A DNA stretch of 64,000 nucleotides from an uncultured Gemmatimonadales bacterium. GTDB lineage: Bacteria; Gemmatimonadota; Gemmatimonadetes; Gemmatimonadales; GWC2-71-9. A program made the position numbers and the translations under genes. Each line of letters starts with the position of its first letter. The stretch's first letter is position 1. Where the stretch lies: NCBI GenBank assembly GCA_963844035.1, contig CAWJMT010000005.1, positions 160,001 to 224,000 of the forward strand, given 5' to 3'. Below the pieces are notes generated by a model. That model had not been told where the DNA came from and ran no database searches. It saw nothing but the letters and a program-made list of their open reading frames with translations. This document shows positions 43,866-57,191 of the stretch, piece by piece.

Positions 43866-45082
43866 TCAGGTACGGATGCGGTTCCGCCCGTCTTCCTTCG
43901 CACGATACAGCGCCTGATCGGCGGCCCGGATCACCTGATCCGGCAGGCCGTGGCGACTGTTCCGCTCGGCCACGCCGATGCTGACGGTGATCGCCGCCTG
44001 GCGGCGCTTGCCTTTGCTCTTCTCGCGCTTGCGCGCGACACGGATGCGGCCGCGGATCGTGAAGGCGGTGTCCGCGATCGCTTCGCGCACGGCTTCGAGG
44101 TGGGGCAGGGATTCGTCCACCGACTTGCCCGGGAACAGGATCGAGAACTCCTCCCCGCCGTAGCGGTACGCGCTTGCCCGCCGCCCTCGACGTGGGCCAG
44201 CTTCGCCGCCACCATCTTCAATACGTGATCGCCCACGTCGTGTCCGTACTCGTCGTTGAAGCGCTTGAAGTGATCCACGTCCACCATCGCGATCGCATAC
44301 TGGCCGCCGAGGCGCTGCATCGCTTCGGTCAGAGCACGGCGGGTCGGCAGCTGGGTGAGCCCGTCCTGATAGGCCAGGAGGTAGGAGGCTTCAATGACCG
44401 AGACGACGAGCACCAACCCGGCGGTGCCGAGGTAGATCGCCGCCCCGGGGCCGGGGCGGTACGCGGTGAGGGCGAGAAACGCCGCCAGGATGGCCCAGAG
44501 GAATCCGCGCAGTGTGGCGTTGGTCTCGAACAGCAGCGGCGTGACCACGGCGCCCAGGGCGAGCGCGAACGCGAACAGCGCCGGCTGCCGCAGCGGCGCC
44601 CACGCCAGCAGCTTCGCCGGGAGCATCGGGTGCGCCAGCAGCGCCGCGGTCGCGGCCGGCGCGGTGCGGCTGAACATCACCACCAGGGTCACCTGCACCA
44701 CGATGGCGCCGAGGCGCAGCAGGCCGATCGGCGTGAGCGTGCCGCGGTCGGGGAGCAGCGCGAGCGCGGCGAGGTTCAGGGGCAGGAGCACCGCGGTGGC
44801 GCGGATAATCACCTGGACCGTCGATCCGCGACCGGGCGAGCCGAGGGCGAGCGGTGGCGAGGGCCAGCACGACCAGGGCGAGCAGCAGGCGGTTGCGCTC
44901 GAACCGCCACGCCAGCAGCGCGCCCACCACGAACACGGCGTAGGGATAGAAGCGCGCGAAGGCGGGCAGCCGTCGCGCAGCGCATCGAGCTGCAGCACGA
45001 CCACGGCCGCGAGCAGCAGCACCCCGTCGGGTGCTACCAGCGACAGCACTCGTTTCCACCAGCTGGCTTTCGCGCGTGCCAT
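43866..45082 (-). CDS. Membrane diguanylate cyclase (frameshifted)
   Basis: DGLTQL..RR, DVDHFK.FND.YGH..GD, RYGGEEF (shifted frame) and ADQALY.AK.GRN motifs. Confidence 0.92.
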
Positions 45083-45219
45083 GGGTTCGCGGTTGCGGTG
45101 GCCATAAGGGTACGCAAGACGGCGTGACAGGTCAACACAGGGGAGGCGGGCACGCGGGTTGCGTGCTCCCGCGGCGGGTGGTGATATTCAGCCCGCCGGC
45201 TCCTCTCCGGCCGAGCTAC

Positions 45220-45292
45220 GGCGGTATCGTCTAGGGGACTAGGACGGAGCCCTCTCAAGGCTCAAACACGGGTTCGAATCCCGTTACCGCTA
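45220..45292 (+). tRNA. tRNA-Glu(CTC)
   Basis: GGCGGTA/TACCGCT; anticodon arm gagcc-ctCTCaa-ggctc. Confidence 0.95.
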
Positions 45293-45312
45293 CTGTCAGC
45301 GCTCGCGTTTCC

Positions 45313-45384
45313 GCCCCCATCGTCTAACGGTTAGGACACCACTCTTTCAAGGTGGGAACAGGGGTTCGATTCCCCTTGGGGGCA
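45313..45384 (+). tRNA. tRNA-Glu(TTC)
   Basis: GCCCCCA/TGGGGGC; anticodon arm ccact-ctTTCaa-ggtgg. Confidence 0.95.
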
Positions 45385-45390
45385 CTAAGA

Positions 45391-45423
45391 AAGAGGGAAG
45401 AGGGAAGGGGGAAGGGGGAAGGG
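45391..45423. repeat. GGGAAG(A/G) heptamer tandem
   Basis: aagagggaagagggaagggggaagggggaaggg. Confidence 0.75.
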
Positions 45424-45430
45424 TAGGAGG

Positions 45431-45823
45431 GTGCCGCCGTCGGCTGTCCAGGTCGAACAGATTGCGATCATCGTGCACGACGTGGACCGGGCTGTGACGT
45501 TCTACCGCGACGTGCTCGGCCTGCCGTTCCTGTTTCAGGTCCCGAACATGGCGTTCTTCCAGTGCGGTGAAGTGCGTCTCATGCTCGGGATCCCGTCAGC
45601 GCCCGAGTTCGATCATCCCTCCTCTATCATCTACTTCAGGGTTGCCGACATCGAGGCAGCGCACCAGGCGCTGGTGACCCGCGGCGCCAGCTTTCGCAGC
45701 GCGCCGCATCTGGTGCACCGTGCTGCGGATCACGAGCTGTGGATGGCGGAATTCCAGGATCCCGACCGCAACAACCTCGCGCTGATGAGCCGCAAGGCGC
45801 CGGGATCGCCAAGGGTTGCCTAA
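45431..45823 (+). CDS. VOC/glyoxalase family protein
   Basis: QIAI.V.D, FYRDVLGL and F.DPD.N.L motifs. Confidence 0.9.
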   Translation: MPPSAVQVEQIAIIVHDVDRAVTFYRDVLGLPFLFQVPNMAFFQCGEVRLMLGIPSAPEFDHPSSIIYFRVADIEAAHQALVTRGASFRSAPHLVHRAADHELWMAEFQDPDRNNLALMSRKAPGSPRVA

Positions 45824-45852
45824 CGTTTTGTGGGTAGCGATGTTTCCGCCGC

Positions 45853-45925
45853 GCGCCGATAGCTCAATTGGTAGAGCAAATGACTCTTAATCATTAGGTT
45901 CTCGGTTCGATTCCGAGTCGGCGCA
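45853..45925 (+). tRNA. tRNA-Lys(CTT)
   Basis: GCGCCGA/TCGGCGC; anticodon arm aatga-ctCTTaa-tcatt. Confidence 0.97.
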
Positions 45926-46007
45926 TGACGTCGTTCCAACCCCCCGGGCCTCCCACTCGGGGGACCTCCTGCTGCCAAATTGCCTGGGAGCATCGCAGCG
46001 TCCTCCT

Positions 46008-46360
46008 CTAATAGCCCTGCGGCGCTTCCACTAACGCCCTGGCGAACAAGGCTAGAACGAAGATGCCGAGCGCGAGCCCGATCGTTCTTCCAGCATCGAC
46101 CTGGTGGATCGCGACCTGTATGACGTCCGAGACCGCGACCTTAGATGGCGTTCCGTGGAGGACCCCCGCTACGCTGTCGCCCGCAGCGATTCGGGGCTCA
46201 AGGAGATCCATCGCGAGCCGTCGGCCAGGGTCAGGCGCACGGCAGTGGGGTGCTTGGTGGAGATCATCTGCGACGGGCTGACCCCCTTCTCGACGTGCCA
46301 CGTGGTGCACGCGGCGAGATACCAGAGGAGGAGCGCACAGGCGATCGGTCGGCGCAGCAT
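46008..46360 (-). CDS. Hypothetical lipoprotein (frameshifted)
   Basis: LAAC lipobox; C-terminal TM segment in a second frame. Confidence 0.55.
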
Positions 46361-46557
46361 GGGTGACTCCCTTGTGGGTTCGCCAGCAATAGACGCTCGC
46401 GCTCTCAAGCGAGAATCAAGGAAGCCAGACCGCGCGACTCACCCCATCGGGCGATCTCCCTACTCCACCCCTCCACCGAACGAGGCATGCCTATTGAGCC
46501 CCGCCCCTTACATGTTGCAGCAGGCCGGTCGTACGCCGTCGTCCACTGGAGGTTTCC

Positions 46558-47273
46558 GTGAAACGCTTCTGGGTATTCGTACTCTTGATCGTGGTTGCCT
46601 GTACCAGACACGTCGGGCCCGTCCACCGTGCCCGTGACAATCGTTGTCACGAACGACCTGATCGACCCCGTCACCATCAATGTGAATGGACATAGCCGTA
46701 GGGATTACTGCAGCGAGCGCTACTCAGCAGGTGACCGTCAACGTTGCCGGGAGCCTCACGGTTTCCTTCGATCTGAACCGTCCCACGACCACCGGGGGAA
46801 CTCCGCTTGGTGAGCAGATGTTCGGCGACTTTGAGACAATCTCGAACCCCAGCGGCACCTACACGTTCACCGTGGACAACTTTGTAGGCACGCAAGAATA
46901 CTTCTCCCCGTTGATTTCAAACTCCGGCGCATATCCAATCCTCATGGCAGTCAACTGGGGTCTCGTTTCAGAAAACTGGTGCAATTGCACCGCTCCTTCG
47001 GGTGGGTTGGACATCAACATCGGATACTATCGCTTGTTCGCCAACACCGAAGTCAGAGGTTATGGGACCGTGAGCGGCTATGGAAACGGCACCTATGCCT
47101 TCTGGAACGTTTCAACCTTTGGTCCCGACGTAGAGGTCGGAACCGGCGTCGTGCTGCTCGCCAATAGCTCGAACATCCTGTCGCCGCCGATCGGGGTGGC
47201 GGGAGTTGCCGGAACGGTCACAAGAGGGACAGGTCGCCCAACATTGGGTCGGGCACTGACGAATACGCCGTAA
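46558..47273 (+). CDS. Hypothetical lipoprotein, lower GC (frameshifted)
   Basis: GGAGG then GTG-KRFWVFVLLIVVAC; continues in ORF 46686-47273. Confidence 0.55.
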
Positions 47274-47438
47274 GCCGCATTCTTGGAGCGGACCCGGGCA
47301 CCTAGCCCGGGGGAATGGCGCGTTCCGAGTGGGCCGCGTTCCCTGCTTCATGAAGACCCCTTCCTTGACAGACTGCAGACCGCCAGCAGCTTAGCCCCTC
47401 ATCGACAACGAGCACCCTCCAGCCCGGGAGATCCAACC

Positions 47439-47892
47439 ATGCGTCGCACGTTCGCTTCTCCACTCATTGGCATGGCGTTGGTCGCAGTCGTCTGTGCTCC
47501 CGTGGGAGCCCAGGCGAAGGGGAAGTCGCTTACGTCCGGCTCGGGGGCAAGACGGCCATCACCGCCGTGGTCAACGAATTTGTTTCCGGGTGGGCGCCGA
47601 CAACCGCATCAACAGGTTCTTCGCGGCCACGGTGGCCGACACCGCTCGGTTGGCGGCCCTCAAGGGAAAGCTCGTGGATCAGATTTGCCAGGCGACCGGC
47701 GACCACTGCCACTACATGGGGAAGGACATGAAGACCGCCCATGCAGGCATGGGAATCACGCACGCCGACTTCGCCGCGCTGGTCGAGGATCTGTCGGGCG
47801 CGCTGGACAGTTACAATGTGGCGCCGGCGGACAAGGCCGAGCTTCTCGGCGCGCTCGCACCAATGGAAGAGGACATCGTCGAGGGCACCTGA
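47439..47892 (+). CDS. Group I truncated hemoglobin with signal peptide (frameshifted)
   Basis: D.RI..FF, LVDQIC..TG, Y.GKDMK.AH.GMGIT.ADF motifs. Confidence 0.88.
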
Positions 47893-48129
47893 CAGCCCGG
47901 GAACCCCTCGGCCGAGTGGGCGCCCTGGTGGACGACCCCCGGCCTGACCTGTAGCTTGTCGGGTCTCTTCCAATTCGGCCCATCAATTGACGGATCGTGG
48001 CACCGCACGACCTACAGTCTGACGATCTCGACCCCGCACGCGGAGTCCTGACTGGCGTCCTCCTGGGCCTCGGGCTGTGGGCGCTGCTGATCGCCACCTG
48101 TTTCGCGGTGAGAAGGGGCTAGCCCCGCA

Positions 48130-49309
<1,180 letters not shown>

Positions 49310-49333
49310 GGCTACCAAGCGAAGGATTCGACG

Positions 49334-51067
<1,734 letters not shown>

Positions 51068-51098
51068 GGCTACCAAGCTAAGGGTGGTGCCGCGTCAG

Positions 51099-53294
51099 TT
51101 ACCGGTCAGAAATCACACGAACGACGGTCCCTGTACGCATCCACCACATAGATGGGACCACGGCGGATGTCGTTACCCAGGGAGAGTGGCGGGGCGCCGC
51201 CCGTGCGGCGGGGCCGTGAAGATGTGCGTGTACGTGTCCGCCGCACCGTAATTCACGGTGTAGCCGATGTCCTCCTGCGCGGCGATGGATGCGATGCTCA
51301 AGCGGGTTGCTGCCGCCGTTCACGTACCCCGTCATCAGCTCGTTGCCGAGCACGACCTCGCGCCAATGGCCGTTGACGGTGCCGCCGCCGCACACGGGTG
51401 AGACAAAGGGCGACGTGCCGCAGTTCTCGACCGGCACCTTGTTGCCGGCCGGAGGACTGCTGCCGCCTCCCGTGTAGGTCGTGCCGCCTACGGAGTCGAA
51501 GGCGGCGCGCGCCTTGGGACAGCTGAAGTAGGTGTCCTGAATCGTGCCCGGCGGGCTGGACGGCGAGCGCCAGCAGGCGTTGGGCGACTGGTCCCACAGG
51601 GTTCCGAACCCGAGCACGTGGCCCATCTCGTGCAGGATGACCGTGTTCGAGCTGGCCGTTGCCGATCAAGCGTGGCGACGTCGGCCGAATCGAAGACCAT
51701 GACGCCCGACCACGGTCAGGCCGTTGGACATCCTGATGAAGCACGGACCCGCCTGGCCCAGGATCTGGCCGGGTCCGTCGATCGAATCGAACTTCGCCAG
51801 GATCAGGAGGTCGGTCACGGTCTGGTTGATCGGCCGGCTCTCCGGCGCCGCACTGCGTCCCGCTGCATCGGTGACCGACGACCGGCGGACCGACGTGGCG
51901 GTAGATGATGGACTGCCACTTGGCGACCGCGGAGGTCGAACGCGGCCTGTCGCCCGCGGCGACGGCGTGGGACCGTAGTACTGGATCTGATGGTGTAACT
52001 GCGCCGCCACCCCCGTGTCCGCGAAGGTGACGGGATTGCCGGAGATCCCGCTCCCCGTGACGGTCGCGGTCATGGTATTGGTCGCCGGCGCCGCTGCCGA
52101 GCGTCCAGCTGCCCACCTGCGCCACGCCATTGGAGTTCGTGGTCGTCGTGCCCAGGGTGAGGCTGCCGCCGCCCGTCGCGACCGCGAAGGTGACGGCGGC
52201 GCCCGGGATGGGGTTGCTGCCGCCGTCCGTGACGCGCACCGCCGGCCGCGTGTTGACCGGATAGCCCACCAACCCCACCTGGTTGTTGCCCGACGAACGC
52301 GGCCACGATGGCTGACTGCGACGTGGCGGTGAAGATGGCAGGATTGCCGGTGATGCCCGTTCCAGTGACGGTTGCGGTCAACGTGTCTTCCCCGGCGTTG
52401 CCGAGCGTCCAACTGCCCACGGTCGCGATACCGAGGGCGTTGGTGGTCTGACTCGCCCCGGTCACCACGCCGTGACCAACGCCCGCGGCGAACGTCACCG
52501 TGGCGCCCGGCTTCACATTGTTGAACGCATCCTTGACGAGCACCGCGGGACGGACCGGGACCACCTGGCCGCTGAGACCCGTCTGCCCGTCTCCCGCCTG
52601 CTTCGTAACACTGGCGGGTGGGCCCGCGGTCGCGGTCGCGGTGAACGTTTGCGCCGGACTCGTACCCACGGTCGCGGTTGCCGACTGGTTGCCCGCGGTC
52701 TGGCCGAGGGTCCACGTGGTCTGCGCTTGTCCGGTCCCGTCCGCCGTTACGGACGCAGTCGCCACGCTCCCCGATCCGGTGGCTGACGGCGAAGGTGACG
52801 GTCGCGCCCGCAACCGGGTGCCCGGTCGCGTCGCGCGCCTGCACGACGATCGGCTGAGGGAGCGTCTGCGCGACGGTGTCGGTCTGCAGGTCCCCGGAAA
52901 CCTTGAAGACCTGCGAGGCGGTCTGCACGACGGTGACGGCGACGTTCGCCGACGCGCTCCCCGACGTCACGCTCAGCTGCGCGGTGCCGTTCGCGACCGC
53001 CGTGGCGAGGCCGGTCGAGCTCACGGTGACTACGCCTGCGTTGTTGGTCGTCCACGCGACGCTGGCGCCCGTGATCGGGGTGCCGGTTTGGTCCTTGACG
53101 ACAGCGGTGAGCTGCTGGGAGCCGCCGATCGCGGTGAGGGTGATGGCGGCCGATGGTGCGACGTCGATGGTGGTGGGGGCGGGCGGCTCGGAGCTTTCTT
53201 CGCAGGTGCTGAGGACCAGCGGGAGCGCGATCAAGACGGCGCCCAACCGAAGGGGGTAACGGCACAGCGTTATCACACGGGAATAATAGGTCAC
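51099..53294 (-). CDS. Ig-stalk protein with a leishmanolysin-like (M8) zinc metallopeptidase domain (frameshifted)
   Basis: IDGPG..LGQAGPC, HEMGHVLGFG, VPVEN and HWRE..L..ELMTG motifs. Confidence 0.85.
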
Positions 53295-53373
53295 GTCCTC
53301 ACCACACCCAAATAGCTAGATCATCCGACGCATGATGCGGTGCCGCCGCACCCCAATTAGGTAAATCCACTTT

Positions 53374-53397
53374 CATCCCGCCGACGGATGTACCCCG
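53374..53397 (+). promoter_or_regulatory. CATCC-N7-GGATG palindrome, putative regulator site
   Basis: Recurs at 54790, 62470 and 63666. Confidence 0.55.
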
Positions 53398-53456
53398 GCG
53401 CCCAGCGCGGACAGCTTGTAAGGAATCTCTGTTCACATCAACCGCTGGGAGCAACC

Positions 53457-54428
53457 ATGTATTCTCTGCCACGACTGACGGCCCGACTCGCCGTCGCTGC
53501 CTCGTTTGCCGCGCTGCTGACCGCAGCGTGTAGCCCCGACTCCAAAGACGTCTCCTCACTTTCCGGCCCAACCCTGTCCGCGGCCCGCCAGGCCGGCGGT
53601 GGGGCAGCGGCGTCGGACTTCGTGGTGCTCGCAAACGCTGGGGTGACCTGCACCGACGGGACCATTAACGGCAGCGTGGGCACCTTCCTCGCTCCGCCGA
53701 CCGGTGCGTTCACCAATACCCGGTGCGTGATCACGGGGACGAGTCACCTCGGCGACGCAGCGGCCGTCGCGGCCTACAACGCCTATCGCACCGAGTACGC
53801 AGCGCTCGCGCCCGTACTGGGGGACTGCGACGCCGCCCATACCTTGCCGAGCACGATCGCGGCCTCCCTGACGCTGGCGCCCGGTGTCTACTGCACCGGT
53901 GCGGCATTGACGGCAACGGACGTCACGTTGACCCTTGACGCGGGTGGTAACCCCAACGCGACCTGGCTGTTCAAGATCGGGTCGAGCGGCACGGCCGGCA
54001 CGGGCGCCCTCACGGGCACCAACTTTTCGGTGATCATGGCCGGCGGCGGGCAGGCGTGCAACGTGACGTGGTGGGTCTCTCAGGCCGCGACGATCACGAC
54101 GAGCATCGCCACTCCGACGACCTTCTCGGGCAACATTCTGGCGGGAGCGGCTATCACCCTGACCCAGGAGATCTTCAACGGCAACGCGTGGGCAGGAGCT
54201 TCCGGGGTCGGCGACGTGACGATGACCGGCACGACGATCAACGGCTGTGCGGACGGCGCCGCTGACAACGGCAAAGACTGCCATAGGAAGGGCCACCACC
54301 ACAAGAACCATCACGACAAGGGCCACCACCACGACAAGCACCACGACAAGCACCACGATTCCAAGGGCCACGACTCCAAGGGCCACGACTCCAAGGGCCA
54401 CGACTCCAAGCACTCGGGCCGCTACTAG
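53457..54428 (+). CDS. DUF3494 ice-binding-like lipoprotein with a His-rich tail
   Basis: TAAC lipobox; TL.PGVY, LTLDAGG.PNA.W.F, V.W.V and F.GNILA...IT motifs. Confidence 0.88.
   Translation: MYSLPRLTARLAVAASFAALLTAACSPDSKDVSSLSGPTLSAARQAGGGAAASDFVVLANAGVTCTDGTINGSVGTFLAPPTGAFTNTRCVITGTSHLGDAAAVAAYNAYRTEYAALAPVLGDCDAAHTLPSTIAASLTLAPGVYCTGAALTATDVTLTLDAGGNPNATWLFKIGSSGTAGTGALTGTNFSVIMAGGGQACNVTWWVSQAATITTSIATPTTFSGNILAGAAITLTQEIFNGNAWAGASGVGDVTMTGTTINGCADGAADNGKDCHRKGHHHKNHHDKGHHHDKHHDKHHDSKGHDSKGHDSKGHDSKHSGRY
54290..54411 (+). repeat. Coding tandem repeats (HHDK and 15-bp SKGHD units)
   Basis: tccaagggccacgac x3. Confidence 0.85.
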
Positions 54429-54444
54429 CCCCCGCGGAGAACGA

Positions 54445-54474
54445 CGCGGAGGGGCGCAGTCCCGCCCCTCCGCG
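54445..54474. terminator. 12-bp stem hairpin after the first IBP gene
   Basis: CGCGGAGGGGCG-cagtcc-CGCCCCTCCGCG; no T run. Confidence 0.5.
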
Positions 54475-54503
54475 GCACTCCAGGCCTGACGTTGGGAGGA
54501 CGC

Positions 54504-54599
54504 ATGAGTGATCCCAGGAAAACTTTCATGCTCTACGCCCTGATCCTCGTCATTATGTCGATCGGCGCGGTGGTGTCCGCGTCCGCCTGGCGGTGGTGA
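54504..54599 (+). CDS. Putative 31-aa single-TM small protein
   Basis: GGAGG SD; MSDPRKTFMLYALILVIMSIGAVVSASAWRW. Confidence 0.5.
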   Translation: MSDPRKTFMLYALILVIMSIGAVVSASAWRW

Positions 54600-54919
54600 T
54601 GACGGATGGTACACGAGCCCCGGCGCACCCCTCAGGTTGCCCGGTTGTTGGGAGGAGGTGGGCGGCCAAGACCGCCCTCTTTCTTTTCAACCGGCAGGGA
54701 TGACACAGGGAGACACCTACCTCAAAGGAGCTAGTGCGTTCGGGCGACAACCGTCTCGCGGCGTCGCCCTTCGTTTCTAAATCCTCTTTCGTCCGCCTGA
54801 GGGATGGGCGCTGAAGCACGCGCCAGCGAGGTTTGAGACACTTGGGCGAGGAAGTTTCCGACCGCCACACGGATCCCGGGATGTATTGGCAGGGACACGA
54901 AATACTTCGGAGGCAGCAA

Positions 54920-55915
54920 ATGTTCACTCTTTCCCGACACATGGCTCGACTCCTCGTCATCGTCCCGCTCGCCGTGGCGCTTGCCGCTGCGTGCGAGCAC
55001 ACCGAAGGCCCACCGGTTGCCGGTCAATTGCTGGCCATCACGGTCACGCCCAACCCGGTCACCCTGCCCCCCAGCGGCCCCCAGCAGTTCGCTGCCGCGG
55101 GCACCGACATCACGGGCGCGGTCGTTTCCATAACGCCGGTGACCTGGTCCGTCGTGGCGAGCGGGGGAACCATCAACAGCAGCTCGGGTTTGTTCACCGC
55201 GGGTGCGACGCTCGCGACGTTCCCCAGTACGGTGCGGGCGTGCAATAGCCTCGGTGACACGTGTGGCTTCGCGACCGTGATCGTAGCCAACACCGCCCCG
55301 GTCGGGCCAACCCTGGGAACGGCGGCGACCTACGGGATCCTGGCCGGCGCGTCGGTCACCTGTGCCGGCGCTCCGGGCACCATCAACGCCGATGTGGGCA
55401 TCAGCCCGGGCAACACGCTCACGGGCTTCCCGCCGTGCACGATCACCGGCGTCCAGCACCTCGGGGACGCGACCGCGCTCACGGCGCAGAACGACCTCAC
55501 CGCGAACTACAACGCGCTCGTCGCCCTGAATTGCACCAGCACCATTGTCGCCGATCTGGGCGGCACGACGATCACGCCGGGTGTGTATTGCGGCTCGTCG
55601 TCGGTGGCAGTGACGGGCACCCTGACGCTCGACGGCCAGGGCAACGCCAACGCGCTGTTCGTGATCAAGGCCGGGTCCACGCTCACGACCGGCACGGGCG
55701 CGAATATCGCGCTCACCAATGGCACCCAGGCGAAGAACGTGTGGTGGCAGGTCAGCAGCTCCGCGACGCTCGGGACCGGCACGACGTTCCGAGGCAACAT
55801 TATCGCGTTAACGACCATCACCCTCGCCGGCACCGCCAACATGACCGGCAGGGCCTTGGCGCGTAACGGGTCCGTGAGTTTGGCGGCCACCGGCAACACC
55901 ATCACACTGCCGTAG
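54920..55915 (+). CDS. Big_2 + DUF3494 ice-binding-like lipoprotein
   Basis: LAAAC lipobox; LG.AA.YGILAG, DLGG.T.TPGVY, NVWWQV.SSATLG and GRALA..G.V.L motifs. Confidence 0.92.
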   Translation: MFTLSRHMARLLVIVPLAVALAAACEHTEGPPVAGQLLAITVTPNPVTLPPSGPQQFAAAGTDITGAVVSITPVTWSVVASGGTINSSSGLFTAGATLATFPSTVRACNSLGDTCGFATVIVANTAPVGPTLGTAATYGILAGASVTCAGAPGTINADVGISPGNTLTGFPPCTITGVQHLGDATALTAQNDLTANYNALVALNCTSTIVADLGGTTITPGVYCGSSSVAVTGTLTLDGQGNANALFVIKAGSTLTTGTGANIALTNGTQAKNVWWQVSSSATLGTGTTFRGNIIALTTITLAGTANMTGRALARNGSVSLAATGNTITLP

Positions 55916-56014
55916 GCGTCCGTTCGCACGCTGGCGCGGGAGCCGGAGACCAATCCGGTCGCCGTCTCCCGCACCCGCCGGAAGCCGTGACTTTACACAG
56001 ATTGGGGAGAAGAC

Positions 56015-57060
56015 ATGCGTGATCAAATGCTGAAGAGTGTGCGAACGCTGGCGGCGTTCCTGCCGGTGCTGGTGCTGGCGCAGCCGGTGGCGGCCCAGCA
56101 GGCGGCCCATCGCGAAGGCAGCTGGGAATTCAGCCTGGGCGGCGGCGCGATGTTCGCTCGACAACGGACCTCGCGACCTATCTCGGGAGCGCAGGGTTCG
56201 CCGACAACGCCGACCCGAGTGGCACCGTGCCCGGCGGGGTGGTGCGCTTGGGCTACAACATCGACAAGCACCTCGGGTTCAGCGGCGGTGCCGGATTTGG
56301 CACCGGGTCCGGCGTGAAGTACCTGACGCCGTTCGGCGACTTCACCTACACGATCAACCTGAACGCGAAGACGAGCCCCTTCCTCACCGGCGGCACGCAG
56401 TTCACCCGCATCACCGGCAACGACCGCGTCACACACCCCGTCTGGGGCGGGCGCGTCGGCCTCGGTGTCCGGCACATGCTCAGCGAGAACCTGGCGCTGC
56501 GGCTCGAGGCCCGGGCGGGGTTCGAGCACTACGCGGAGATTGCCGGGACCCAGATGAACCCTGTCGTGACGCTGGGCATCTCGTACTTCACCGCCGGCCG
56601 CCAGCCCCCGGTCGCCGTGGTGCCGCCGCCGTGTCCGGTGTGTGCGCACGCGCGGGTGGATACCGTGTGGCGGACGACGCCGGCGCCGGCCCCCATCACC
56701 ATCGTGCTTCGCGATACGCTGGTGCTCGAGGGCGTCAACTTCGACTTCGACTCCTCGGCCCTGACGCCCGAGTCCCACTGGGTGCTCGACCGCGTGGCGC
56801 AGGAGATGCTCAAGCCCGAGTGGGTGAACACCCGCTGGGAGATCGCGGGTCACACGAGTAGCATCGGCACGCACGAGTACAACATGGCGCTGTCGCAGCG
56901 CCGGGCTGAGGCCGTGCGGGCGTACCTCGTGTCGCGCGGTGTCCCGAACACCCGGCTGACCCCGAAAGGGTACGGCGAGACGAGCCCCATGTACCCGAAC
57001 GACAATGAGGGGCGCAACTGGCGGAACCGGCGCGTGGAGCTGCGGCGCATCAAACCGTAA
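56015..57060 (+). CDS. OmpA family protein (beta-barrel + OmpA_C; frameshifted)
   Basis: LEGVNFDFD, I.GHT..IG..YN..LSQRRA and NRRVE motifs. Confidence 0.92.
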
Positions 57061-57083
57061 CGCCCAACGCAGTCTGATCGACG

Positions 57084-57119
57084 TCGAGCCTCGTTCCGGA
57101 CCATCGGAACGAGGCTCGA
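57084..57119. terminator. Perfect 15-bp stem hairpin between ompA and kaiC
   Basis: TCGAGCCTCGTTCCG-gaccat-CGGAACGAGGCTCGA. Confidence 0.6.
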
Positions 57120-57191
57120 TGTATGTTCGGGGTGGGGGCGCTACCGTTCGAGGACCACCATTTGTTAGGGCCACTGTGCGCTGGTGAGTGC

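Noticed and set aside
33603..45925. Prophage or integrative element at the tRNAs
   Set aside because: No integrase, phage genes or duplicated tRNA 3' ends seen.
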